From: Minisyncoccota bacterium
GTDB lineage: Bacteria; Patescibacteriota; Minisyncoccia; Phycocordibacterales; UBA9973
Assembly: GCA_041675085.1 (NCBI GenBank)
Contig: JBAYUN010000002.1
Coordinates: 79,967 to 143,966 of the forward strand
Length of the DNA stretch: 64,000 nt
Direction: 5' to 3'
A program made the position numbers and the translations under genes. Shown in pieces: positions 27,332 through 36,435 of the stretch. Under the pieces are notes generated by a model. That model saw nothing but the letters and a program-made list of their open reading frames with translations. It had not been told where the DNA came from and made no database searches. Within the stretch, counting starts at the first letter, position 1. Every line of letters begins with the position of its first letter.

Positions 27332-28798
27332 TTAATTCAATTCAAACTTCACAACACACTGATCAGCACGCACTCTAGGAAAATTTAATCTACTCCAATC
27401 AGAATCACCACCTTTTAAGCTAACCCCATTTATACCTAACAATGAAGCCTTGTAAGTGGCGAGCCTACTTTTGTTACCATGCCGACAGACAAATATCACA
27501 TTTGTATTTTTGGTTAAATGTTTTTTATTTTTTTTAAAAAAATCATCTAAGTTATGGAATGGCACATGAACAGATTGAGGAATATGGTGATCTTGATACT
27601 CCCCTTCATCCCGCAAATCTACAACAATCACATCTTTTTTAATTTCTATTTTTTCTTTATTTTTTATTTTAATCCAAATTTTTTCAATAGTATCAGAAAA
27701 AATAACCTTGAAAATTTCTTTAGAATCTAGTTCTTTAACTAAAAGTCTAGTAAATAAAGGTTCAAAGAATCTATGTTTATCATTTAGTAAATTTTCATTT
27801 TCAATTTTTGGGAACAAAGAAGGCTCAATAGCTTCAAAATATTCATCAATATATGGAAACGGTCCATCAGGACAAACAAAAACAGCTATTTTTTCTTTTC
27901 CATCAAAACTCTGTTTTGAAAGGTATTTTAACAACCCTGCAAACGCAAAACCAGAACTAGGTCCTGCTAAAATTCCATGCCTGCAAAGATTCATAGACAT
28001 AGAATAAGATTCATTTGTACCAACTTCTTCCCTAGGGCCAACAACAGACTTCCAGTCAAAAGATATTTCTCTTAAAAGAGTATTCGTTCTTACTCCTGGT
28101 ACGGGATTATTAACAATTCTAGAAACACCTAGTACCTCAATATTTTTATTTTGTTCTTTCAAGAACTTACCAATACCTGAGGCAGAACCAGTGGTACCCA
28201 GACCAACAGATACAATAGACACTTTCCCTTTTGACTGCTCCCAGATTTGTGGACCAGTCCATTTGTAGTGAGCTTCTGGATTTGCTTGATTGTCATATTG
28301 ACCAGGATTAAACCAATCATTTTTCACAGAATCAATCTTTGCCTTATATATACCGCTTGTAGGATCAGTAGGGTCTGGACAAATTGGTTCTTTGTTTACA
28401 ATAATTTGCACACCAAACAATCTAAGAATATTAAGCTTCCCACGACTAACTTCATGTGAAACTATTGCCTTAATGTTTTTAACACCCATCAATCGAGCTA
28501 TTACAGCAAGAGAAAACACTGTATTACCTGATGAATTTTCTATAACAGTATCTGGTATCTCCCCTTCTTTTTTTTTCTGTAAAAGCATATTGTAGGCTGG
28601 AAGAGATTTTGTATTAGCTAAGGGTAAAGCATTCATTAGTTTTGCAAAAATTCTTACACCTTTGCCTCGATATGGATTTAAAATATCAGGAATTTCAACT
28701 AAAGGTGTATAAGGGGCATTATCTGGATTAAGATAATCTAGTACAGAATTAGAGCCCTCAAAAGTATTTAAATAAAAATTATTATTCACTTTTTTCAT
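27332..28798 (-). CDS. Fusion protein with an N-terminal PLP-dependent cysteine-synthase-like (CysK/CysM fold) domain and a C-terminal rhodanese domain
   Basis: PLP-fold motifs TPLVEI...NTKS and SGNTVFSLAVIARLMG. The C-terminal rhodanese has the active-site Cys loop VIFVCRHGNKSR. Confidence 0.65.
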   Translation of the reverse strand: MKKVNNNFYLNTFEGSNSVLDYLNPDNAPYTPLVEIPDILNPYRGKGVRIFAKLMNALPLANTKSLPAYNMLLQKKKEGEIPDTVIENSSGNTVFSLAVIARLMGVKNIKAIVSHEVSRGKLNILRLFGVQIIVNKEPICPDPTDPTSGIYKAKIDSVKNDWFNPGQYDNQANPEAHYKWTGPQIWEQSKGKVSIVSVGLGTTGSASGIGKFLKEQNKNIEVLGVSRIVNNPVPGVRTNTLLREISFDWKSVVGPREEVGTNESYSMSMNLCRHGILAGPSSGFAFAGLLKYLSKQSFDGKEKIAVFVCPDGPFPYIDEYFEAIEPSLFPKIENENLLNDKHRFFEPLFTRLLVKELDSKEIFKVIFSDTIEKIWIKIKNKEKIEIKKDVIVVDLRDEGEYQDHHIPQSVHVPFHNLDDFFKKNKKHLTKNTNVIFVCRHGNKSRLATYKASLLGINGVSLKGGDSDWSRLNFPRVRADQCVVKFELN

Positions 28799-29750
28799 CT
28801 ATAAAAATAAAATCAGGGTCAATTTGATTTTCAAGGTCGCCAAAGCGATCTTTTATAAAACTCTGTGCAACATATTTTTTATGTAGGTCCCAAATCTTAT
28901 TAAGTCGTTGATTTCTATTATCTGGCAATACCATGATTGTATTAAAAATTTTACTTAAAAGCTCCTGATTACTATTATTTAGTTTAACCACAGAAAGCTT
29001 ATCTCCATTTTGATCAATGTCTCTAATATGTTGATCTTCGTAAAAATAGCCGATAATTTTTTCTACAGGGACATGTGTCTCTATAAATTCTTTATCATTT
29101 TCATTTCTAATTTTATTACCAATAACTTTTACCGTGTCACCAATACCTGCTTCTATGGCTAAATTCATATATTTTTTATAGACTTCTACGCTTCTCATTG
29201 TAGGTTCCACAACGAGACAAGTTAGATCGAATTGTGCGTGCAATGTACCAGCAAATGAATCTACCCCAGCCACCATATCTGTTATTAAAAATCCATTTAT
29301 ATCATCAGTATGAGATAAAATATTCTCTAAAACAGAAAGATTGTTGTGATAGCAACTTGACCCGATGTCCTCCTCTTGATATGTACCAACAGCAAAAACA
29401 GAGAGATTCCCTCTATGAAATCCAAACTCTCCTATCGGGGTTTCTTTAATAGACTCAAGTTTAATAATGTTTGATTTTCTTGTAGGAGGTGTGGATTTAC
29501 GAAAAGCCCCAAGATTAGGTATATCATTTTGTCCTATCAACCATCTCTTAATAACACCTGAAGTCCTATCTCCTGAAAGATGCTTTTCCGTAGGGATAGA
29601 ATCAAAACCAAGCAACTCTGGAATATGAATGTTAAGATCAGCATCAAAAACTAAAACAGGAAGATTGTTTTTTGTTACTACATATGAAGCAAAGGAAGAA
29701 GAAAGTGTACTTTTCCCTGAACCACCCTTACCAACAAAAGATATTCTCAT
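28782..29750 (-). CDS. CooC/MinD-like P-loop ATPase
   Basis: N-terminal deviant Walker A ISFVGKGGSGKSTLS. It overlaps the downstream fusion gene by 17 nt. Confidence 0.55.
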   Translation of the reverse strand: MRISFVGKGGSGKSTLSSSFASYVVTKNNLPVLVFDADLNIHIPELLGFDSIPTEKHLSGDRTSGVIKRWLIGQNDIPNLGAFRKSTPPTRKSNIIKLESIKETPIGEFGFHRGNLSVFAVGTYQEEDIGSSCYHNNLSVLENILSHTDDINGFLITDMVAGVDSFAGTLHAQFDLTCLVVEPTMRSVEVYKKYMNLAIEAGIGDTVKVIGNKIRNENDKEFIETHVPVEKIIGYFYEDQHIRDIDQNGDKLSVVKLNNSNQELLSKIFNTIMVLPDNRNQRLNKIWDLHKKYVAQSFIKDRFGDLENQIDPDFIFIDEKSE

Positions 29751-29865
29751 AAATTAATTTAAATTATTTTTATAATAAACTAAAATACATAGGTTGCCCT
29801 ATGATTTTAGCTATATGTGTATTGCAAATTAGTTGCAATAAATCCATTGTAACAGATTAAAACAC

Positions 29866-29886
29866 AAATGCAAGTAATTTGCATTT
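29866..29886. promoter_or_regulatory. Perfect 8-4-8 palindrome in the divergent promoter region; candidate metalloregulator operator
   Basis: aaatgcaa-gtaa-ttgcattt, located between divergently transcribed operons and 0.7 kb upstream of a Fur-family regulator gene. Confidence 0.4.
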
Positions 29887-29949
29887 AGTTTATCAACATG
29901 CTAGATTTAATTTGATATATTTGTTTTTTGAATTCAAAATCTTACAAAA

Positions 29950-30525
29950 ATGAAACATAAATTGTTTTCTATATTTTTAGTTATTTATTTTTTAGTTATA
30001 TTCATGCATGCAAAAGAAGAAGACGCCTTCACTTCCCTCTTCCTTTATTTAGGCATAGCTTTATCAATATTTGCTCATGCCAAAAGAAACTGGATAACTA
30101 TCCTACTTCTTTTCTTGCACATGGCGATAGAGTGGTACGTTTGGGGCGATACATTTACTTGGGAAATTAAAAATAACTCATTTATGATAGTGCATGTCAT
30201 TATGGATTTTATATTTCTGTCTCATGAAATAAAAGTTCACATTAAAAAGAATTATTCTATGATAATGTTTGGAATTATTTTTGCTTTAATATTTTTATTC
30301 TCTTACAGTAGAGTCGAGAAAATTAAACAAGAAAAAATAGAAAATCAAAAACCAAAAGTTTTTGGACAAATCTATATAAAACAACATCAAGAAAATCATG
30401 ACACACATTCGCACGAACATGAGAATAGTTTAATACTACACCTCTTTGCTTTAGGTGGAGTGTTGGGTTGTGTAGGAAGTCATGCTTTCTATCACCTATT
30501 TAAAGAAAAACCGGACAAAAATTGA
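29950..30525 (+). CDS. Membrane protein with His-rich C-terminal tail (putative metal-binding)
   Basis: 191 aa with about five TM helices and the C-terminal segment HQENHDTHSHEHEN. Confidence 0.45.
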   Translation: MKHKLFSIFLVIYFLVIFMHAKEEDAFTSLFLYLGIALSIFAHAKRNWITILLLFLHMAIEWYVWGDTFTWEIKNNSFMIVHVIMDFIFLSHEIKVHIKKNYSMIMFGIIFALIFLFSYSRVEKIKQEKIENQKPKVFGQIYIKQHQENHDTHSHEHENSLILHLFALGGVLGCVGSHAFYHLFKEKPDKN

Positions 30526-30535
30526 TCCGGTTTTT
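30506..30535 (+). terminator. Hairpin terminator overlapping the stop of the His-rich membrane protein gene
   Basis: aaaaaccgga-caaaaattga-tccggttttt. Confidence 0.45.
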
Positions 30536-30572
30536 ATTTTACTTTTCAAAATAAAAAGCATATATTAAAACT

Positions 30573-31001
30573 ATGAAGAACAATCTAAACAAAGGTGAAA
30601 CAATCTTGGAAAAAAGCGGTCTCAAGAAGACTGGACCAAGACTAAGTTTCATAGAATTTTTCCAAAAGAACAAAAAACCTTCTTCGGCTTTGGATATATT
30701 CAATACTTTATCAAAAGAAAACATAGACAAGGTTACTATATATAGAACACTAGAAAGTTTTCTAAAAAAAGGCATCATCAAAAGAGTAGATACAGGTAAA
30801 AGAGAAGCCGAATACGAACTCATAGACGAAGAACATGATCATCATCACATCATCTGCATCAAATGCAAAAAAATTGAAGACTTTACTGGATGTGATAGTG
30901 AAATGTTTGTAAAAAATGCATTAAAAAATGCAAAAAACTTTAAAAATATCACTCATCATTCTTTTGATTTGTTTGGTATTTGCAACTCTTGCAACAAATA
31001 A
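30573..31001 (+). CDS. Fur-family metalloregulator (Fur/Zur/PerR type)
   Basis: 142 aa. DNA-binding helix TIYRTLESFLKKGII, a metal-site HDHHH motif, and paired CxxC motifs (CIKC...CNSC). Confidence 0.8.
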   Translation: MKNNLNKGETILEKSGLKKTGPRLSFIEFFQKNKKPSSALDIFNTLSKENIDKVTIYRTLESFLKKGIIKRVDTGKREAEYELIDEEHDHHHIICIKCKKIEDFTGCDSEMFVKNALKNAKNFKNITHHSFDLFGICNSCNK

Positions 31002-31133
31002 TAAAAATCTGTGGATAACTCGATAAAATCCTAAAATACCCTTATTTTTAAGGGTGTTTTCTTTTGTAAAAAAATGTTAAGATTAATAGACTAAAAGTAA
31101 ATTGAAGTTAGAAATTAATCAAAAAATAAAAAT

Positions 31134-32450
31134 ATGGATACCAAAAACGAACCACAATTAGTCAACTGCATAAAGAAAAGAGATCACACGATTCAAGACT
31201 TTGATTTAAAGAAAATAGCTTCTGCTGTATACAAAGCTATGACCTCTGTAGGTAATGGAACCATGAACGATGCAGAGAAAATTGCCGAAGAAGTGTCTGT
31301 TCGTGTAAATGAAAAATTCAACAAGACTCTAGAAGGCTCTACTACAAACAAAGAAGCTTGTCCTAGTGTAGAAATAGTCCAAGATACCGTAGAAGAAGCC
31401 CTAATGGCCAACGATTTCTTTGATGTAGCCAAAGCTTATATCCTATACCGCTCTCAAAGAGCTGAAATGAGAAAGAGAGATATTTTCAAAAAAAGAATAA
31501 CTCTAAAACCTTACGAATATCCTGAATTATACGAGTATGTGAGTGCTATAAGGCATTCATATTGGATTCACAGTGAGTTCAATTTTACTAGTGATGTTCA
31601 AGACTTTAAAGTTAATGTAAATGAAATAGAAAAAAGTGCTATTAAAAACGCCATGCTGGCTATCGCTCAGATAGAAGTAGCTGTCAAAACTTTCTGGGGA
31701 GATATTTATAAAAGAATGCCAAAGCCAGAGATAGGAGCAGTCGGAGCCACTTTCGCTGAAAGTGAAGTCCGTCACACAGACGCCTACTCTCACCTACTCG
31801 AGATATTGAACCTCAATAGTGAATTTGAAAACATAAAAGACATTCCAGCTCTAATGGACAGAGTTCAATATCTAGAAAAGTCCTTGAAGAATGCTCGTAG
31901 TGAAGACAATCGTGAATACACTCAATCTATCCTACTATTCGCTTTATTTATAGAACACGTATCCCTATTCTCTCAATTCTTGATCATAATGTCCTTTAAT
32001 AAGCACAGAAACCTTTTCAAAGGTATATCTAATGCTGTCGAAGCCACTTCCAAAGAAGAACAAATTCACGGACTATTCGGTATAGATATTATAAACATAA
32101 TCAAAGAAGAACATCCTGAATGGTTTGACCAAGAATTCGAAGAACAAGTCATCAAGCTATGTCATGAAGCTTTTGAAGCCGAAATGAAAGTAGTCGACTG
32201 GATTTTTGAAAAAGGAGAATTATACTTTATGCCAAAATCTGTAGTACTAGAATTCATAAAGCAAAGATTCAATAATTCCCTAGTAAGCATCGGTAGCAAA
32301 AAGATTTTTGAAGTCGATGAGACATTTACCAAAGAATCAGACTGGTTCTACGACGAAGTTATCGCTACCAAGCACGGAGACTTCTTTAATAAGAGATCAA
32401 TCAATTACAGTAAAAAAACCAAAAGTATCACAAGTGACGATTTGTTTTAA
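31134..32450 (+). CDS. nrdB: Class I ribonucleotide reductase small (radical-generating) subunit NrdB with N-terminal ATP-cone
   Basis: The N-terminal roughly 95 aa form an ATP-cone (CIKKRDHTIQDFDLKKIASAV...VAKAYILYRSQRAEMRK). These are followed by a ferritin-like R2 body with metal ligands (ESEVRHTDAYSH...). Confidence 0.75.
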   Translation: MDTKNEPQLVNCIKKRDHTIQDFDLKKIASAVYKAMTSVGNGTMNDAEKIAEEVSVRVNEKFNKTLEGSTTNKEACPSVEIVQDTVEEALMANDFFDVAKAYILYRSQRAEMRKRDIFKKRITLKPYEYPELYEYVSAIRHSYWIHSEFNFTSDVQDFKVNVNEIEKSAIKNAMLAIAQIEVAVKTFWGDIYKRMPKPEIGAVGATFAESEVRHTDAYSHLLEILNLNSEFENIKDIPALMDRVQYLEKSLKNARSEDNREYTQSILLFALFIEHVSLFSQFLIIMSFNKHRNLFKGISNAVEATSKEEQIHGLFGIDIINIIKEEHPEWFDQEFEEQVIKLCHEAFEAEMKVVDWIFEKGELYFMPKSVVLEFIKQRFNNSLVSIGSKKIFEVDETFTKESDWFYDEVIATKHGDFFNKRSINYSKKTKSITSDDLF

Positions 32451-32479
32451 TTAATAATATAATCATAAATTTAAAATAT

Positions 32480-34216
32480 ATGTACTGGCTAAACGAAAAT
32501 AGTAAAAAGTTTTTATCAAAAGGTTATCTAATGGAAGGCGTAACAGCCGAAGAGCGTATTCGCGAAATAGCTAATATCGCTGAAAAATATCTAAACAAAC
32601 CCGGTTTTTCTGACAAATTTTATGATTATATGTCTCGTGGGTTTTACTCTCTAGCCTCCCCTGTTTGGTCAAACTACGGATTAGAGAGAGGTTTACCTAT
32701 TAGTTGTTTCTCTAGTTATATTGGAGACGACATGTCTCGTATTCTATACACTCATGCTGAAGTCGGCATGATGACTAAATACGGTGGCGGTACAGCTGGA
32801 CACTTTGCAGGTCTTCGCCCTCGTGGAGCTGTGATCAAAGACAATGGTCAGTCTTCCGGTGCAGTACACTTTATGGAGCTTTTTGATAATCTTATCAACA
32901 TAGTTAGTCAGGGTTCTGTACGTCGTGGTCACTTTGCTCCGTATCTACCTGTAGAACACGCTGATATCGAAGAATTTCTAAATATCGGAAAAGAAGGTCA
33001 CCCTATCCAAGAATCTACTTATGCTGTTACCGTCACTGACAAATGGCTAGAAGATATGGTTGGCGGAGATGAAGAAAAGAGAAAAATCTGGGCAAAAATA
33101 ATCCAAAGAAGAACTGAAATAGGATATCCATACATCTTGTTTAGCGATACTGTAAACAACAATACTGTAGACGTATACAAAGACAAGAAAATGAAAATCC
33201 ATGGTAGTAATCTCTGCTCAGAGATAGCTTTGCCTACCTCTGACGAGATATCTTTTGTTTGTTGTTTATCTTCTATGAATATCAAGCATTATGATGAATG
33301 GAAAGATACTGATGCAGTCGAGACTCTAGTTATGTTCTTGGATACTGTTATCACTAGTTTTATCGAGAGATTAGAATCTCTGAGAGACAGCGCTGATGCC
33401 GACAAGCAATCTGCATTTTATTTCATGAAGAGAGCTCACAAATTTGCCAAAGAGCATAGAGCTCTAGGCTTGGGAGTATTAGGCTGGCACACATACCTCC
33501 AAGAACACAATATCGCTTTTGAGAGTAAACAAGCCTTCGACCTAAACAAAGAAATCTTTAAATTAATCCACGAGAAATCATACGAAGCTTCAAAAGAATT
33601 AGCAAAAGAATACGGCGAACCAGAAATACTAAAAGGCTACGGTCGTCGCAACACTACCCTCTTAGCTATCGCTCCTACTACTTCATCTGCTTTTATCTTA
33701 GGACAAGTATCTCAAGGTATCGAGCCAGTTATGTCTAATGCTTTCGTAAAAGATGTAGACAAGATGAAAGTAACCATCAAGAACCCGACTCTCGAAGCTC
33801 TCCTAGAAGACAAAGGTATGAACAATACCGATACTTGGAATAGTATTAGAGACAATGACGGTTCTGTGCAACACCTCGACTTCCTGACTACTCATGAGAA
33901 AATGGTATTCCGTACTTTCAGTGAAATAGATCAGACAGCTATCATAGACCAAGCAGCAGAACGTCAAGAATTCATAGATCAATCTCAATCCTTAAACCTT
34001 ATGATAGATCCTACGATAACTACAAAAGAATTGAATGCTCTATATCTACATGCTTGGAAGAAAGGAGTTAAAACTCTCTACTACCAACACAGTATGAACG
34101 CTGCTCAACAATTCGGTAGAAAGAAACTTCAAGAAGCTGAAATGAAAAAGAAACAAGCAATAAAAGACGCTGACGAAAACCCTGATGCGAATGTTTGCGT
34201 TAGTTGTGAGGGATAA
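32480..34216 (+). CDS. nrdA: Class I ribonucleotide reductase catalytic subunit NrdA-like, lacking an ATP-cone
   Basis: 578 aa. Active-site SNLCSEIALPT (Asn-Cys-Glu triad) and a C-terminal redox-active pair CVSCEG. There is no N-terminal ATP-cone. Confidence 0.75.
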   Translation: MYWLNENSKKFLSKGYLMEGVTAEERIREIANIAEKYLNKPGFSDKFYDYMSRGFYSLASPVWSNYGLERGLPISCFSSYIGDDMSRILYTHAEVGMMTKYGGGTAGHFAGLRPRGAVIKDNGQSSGAVHFMELFDNLINIVSQGSVRRGHFAPYLPVEHADIEEFLNIGKEGHPIQESTYAVTVTDKWLEDMVGGDEEKRKIWAKIIQRRTEIGYPYILFSDTVNNNTVDVYKDKKMKIHGSNLCSEIALPTSDEISFVCCLSSMNIKHYDEWKDTDAVETLVMFLDTVITSFIERLESLRDSADADKQSAFYFMKRAHKFAKEHRALGLGVLGWHTYLQEHNIAFESKQAFDLNKEIFKLIHEKSYEASKELAKEYGEPEILKGYGRRNTTLLAIAPTTSSAFILGQVSQGIEPVMSNAFVKDVDKMKVTIKNPTLEALLEDKGMNNTDTWNSIRDNDGSVQHLDFLTTHEKMVFRTFSEIDQTAIIDQAAERQEFIDQSQSLNLMIDPTITTKELNALYLHAWKKGVKTLYYQHSMNAAQQFGRKKLQEAEMKKKQAIKDADENPDANVCVSCEG

Positions 34217-34232
34217 AAGAAAATTGAAATAA

Positions 34233-34270
34233 GAAAAACCACTTAAGAGAACTTCTTAAGTGGTTTTTTT
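34233..34270. terminator. Bidirectional rho-independent terminator after nrdA
   Basis: aaaaa-ccacttaagagaacttcttaagtgg-ttttttt. Confidence 0.7.
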
Positions 34271-34292
34271 GATTTAGAAACGAAACAACAAT

Positions 34293-34880
34293 TTACAAAG
34301 AGTAGAAAAAAGCACCTTTGTCGTTTTTCATTATTACGTGAGCATGCACGCATTCAATACCAACTGCGTGAATGAAAAAATCGTGTGAAGTCTGATCAAA
34401 TTCAAGAATAACAAGCAACCTGCAACTTTTAGAAGGTTTAAACGGTATTGTGCAAATGTCTGAAAAATCAACGCAAAAAATATGATTTGTTACACCATTA
34501 TGGGTGATGTGTGTTTTTTCTCCTTTTCTTAATTCTTCTATCACGCTAATAGCCGTTGCCAGAAATTGAGAACTATTCAGAGTTTCTTCTTTTTGACCAT
34601 AACCCCAACCAACAACACTATTCGTTAATTGATCAAATCTCTTGTCTATGCTAAGTTTTTTAACACTAAAAGCTTTCTCAGTATTCAAAAAATTAATCTG
34701 ATTAAGAAAATAGATCACCTCATTAATTGCATGATTTCTCGTTGGGCTTAAGTCTTTCCCGTGAAGAGGAAAAAAACTTGCTAAGTCAAAATCTGTAAAA
34801 GTTGGTATTTGAATTTCAGAATCAAATACTAGACACCTTTCTCCTAAAGATAATGTTGGATAAACTGATAAATCTGTCAT
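34293..34880 (-). CDS. Hypothetical protein (cassette gene X)
   Basis: 195-aa ORF with no recognised motif, flanked by the repeat modules. Confidence 0.5.
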   Translation of the reverse strand: MTDLSVYPTLSLGERCLVFDSEIQIPTFTDFDLASFFPLHGKDLSPTRNHAINEVIYFLNQINFLNTEKAFSVKKLSIDKRFDQLTNSVVGWGYGQKEETLNSSQFLATAISVIEELRKGEKTHITHNGVTNHIFCVDFSDICTIPFKPSKSCRLLVILEFDQTSHDFFIHAVGIECVHAHVIMKNDKGAFFYSL

Positions 34881-34904
34881 TTTATAAAATTTAAAAGAAC
34901 GTTA

Positions 34905-35064
34905 AAAAATATATATCCCAATAATAAAACCATATCTATATTAAAAATGCAAGACTCTCGTGCTGGATCTTACATAGCACATAAGATGTTTGCGTTAGTT
35001 GTGAGGGATAAAAGAAAATTGAAATAAGAAAAACCACTTAAGAGAACTTCTTAAGTGGTTTTTT
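34905..35064. repeat. Conserved intergenic module, copy 2. It contains the block tatatcccaataataaaaccatatct, a hairpin tgtgctgg...agcaca, and an exact 79-nt duplicate of the nrdA 3' end plus terminator
   Basis: 34986..35064 is identical to 34191..34270. The upstream part aligns with 35655..35806. Confidence 0.8.
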
Positions 35065-35159
35065 GTTTAAATGTAGATTTACAAAATCTATCAAAAATTT
35101 TTGAATAAAGAGTAAAGTTCAAAGTGAATAAAGAGGTCAAAGTAAAAAAATTCTAAGTT

Positions 35160-35630
35160 CTACTTCCTAAAAATAAGAGCTGGACAATCGTAGAACCAGT
35201 ATTCTTTTACATGAACCCAATCAAAATTAATATTACTATCATACTCATCCAGACAAGGGGCATACAGCTCACCCAAACAGGTAAGGATAACTGATTTCCA
35301 ACCAAACACTCTTTTACCTTTATATAAGTATTGAAATACTTTTATTCCTTTTTGTTGTAGACCGAACAAATCAGCTAGATTAAGACAGTCTTTTAAAAGA
35401 TCATCTTCTTTGAGTTCATCGTAAATTGAATGACCTCTGACTATTCCCTGTACTTGATACTCATGACACCAAAGATTCACGTCATTTTGTAAATCAAATT
35501 TATCAGGTCCAGTTAATTCAAACTCTGGGTGTATTACCTTTTCCAGAAAAACTGGATAAATTGGTTTTTGCGAACGGTCGACTTCAACAAAAAAATCAAG
35601 GACTGGTTCAGATTTTATATTACTACTCAT
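35160..35630 (-). CDS. Hypothetical protein (cassette gene Y)
   Basis: The longest ORF extends to 35684, inside the repeat. The ATG at 35630 (MSSNIKSEP...) gives the same 32-nt spacing to the conserved block as gene X, so it is preferred. Confidence 0.45.
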   Translation of the reverse strand: MSSNIKSEPVLDFFVEVDRSQKPIYPVFLEKVIHPEFELTGPDKFDLQNDVNLWCHEYQVQGIVRGHSIYDELKEDDLLKDCLNLADLFGLQQKGIKVFQYLYKGKRVFGWKSVILTCLGELYAPCLDEYDSNINFDWVHVKEYWFYDCPALIFRK

Positions 35631-35654
35631 AATATCTATATTTAAGGAACATTT

Positions 35655-35806
35655 AAAAATCTTATATCCCAATAATAAAACCATATCTTACAATAAAATG
35701 CAATATTCTTGTGCTAGGTCTTGCCTAGCACAGAAGATGTTTGTATCAGTTGCGAGGGATAAAAGAAAAATAAAAAAACTCTGCGTTTTATTCGCAGAGT
35801 TTTTGT
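35655..35806. repeat. Conserved intergenic module, copy 3: a diverged copy with a compensatory hairpin tgtgctagg-tcttgc-cctagcaca and its own terminator
   Basis: It has the identical 26-nt block tatatcccaataataaaaccatatct, and agatgtttgtatcagttgcgagggataaaag is cognate to the nrdA end. Hairpin terminator actctgcgttttattcgcagagt followed by T-run. Confidence 0.75.
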
Positions 35807-35829
35807 CTTTAAAGACTTAAGTTAAAATC

Positions 35830-36435
35830 CTAAAATCTTTTTTTTAAATCACTCACTTTTACGTAATAACTACACAATCCTCTAATATGGGTAATTGTGC
35901 CATCCTTAATGACGCATATTTCAGTTTTTGGTTCTTCTGCTATTAATTTTTCCACTCCATCAAATCTTGTAATATCTACAAAATTATGCAATTGGTCATA
36001 TGTAGTAAAAATAACTTCATTTTGTTCATCAAATACATACCTTTTATTCCAAATATTCTCGTGTTTAATTTTTATTTTTTTATCTCCAAAAAAAATGTAG
36101 GTCATTTGATTTGTATAAAAATCTAAAAATAATACAGGATCATGATATTTCTTTGGTAATGCATTTTCTTGCTCTCTTTTTAAGACGAATTCTTCTTCTT
36201 GGGGTTGAGTGGTAAATTCAATGAGTTGAGAACCATAACTATCTCTATTAGATTTACGTATTATTACTATAAATCGATAAGATTCAATGGTTACTTCAAA
36301 ATTTTGAAAACTTGAAGTTATTTCTTTTTTTCCAGGATCAATGTACGGTAAGCTAAACAACATGATATACATTTTATATAAATTACAAAATACGAATTTC
36401 ATAAATACTCTACAATAAAAACAAACAAAAATCAA
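35830..36435 (-). CDS. Hypothetical protein (cassette gene Z)
   Basis: 201-aa ORF. Internal ATGs at 36372 or 36363 are alternative starts. No motif recognised. Confidence 0.45.
   Translation of the reverse strand: MIFVCFYCRVFMKFVFCNLYKMYIMLFSLPYIDPGKKEITSSFQNFEVTIESYRFIVIIRKSNRDSYGSQLIEFTTQPQEEEFVLKREQENALPKKYHDPVLFLDFYTNQMTYIFFGDKKIKIKHENIWNKRYVFDEQNEVIFTTYDQLHNFVDITRFDGVEKLIAEEPKTEICVIKDGTITHIRGLCSYYVKVSDLKKRF

Noticed and set aside
35684-35684. Use of the longest-ORF start (35684) for cassette gene Y.
   Set aside because: That ATG lies inside the conserved 26-nt module block, which is identical to copy 2, where the block is non-coding. The ATG at 35630 restores the same 32-33-nt spacing seen for gene X, so the shorter ORF is preferred.
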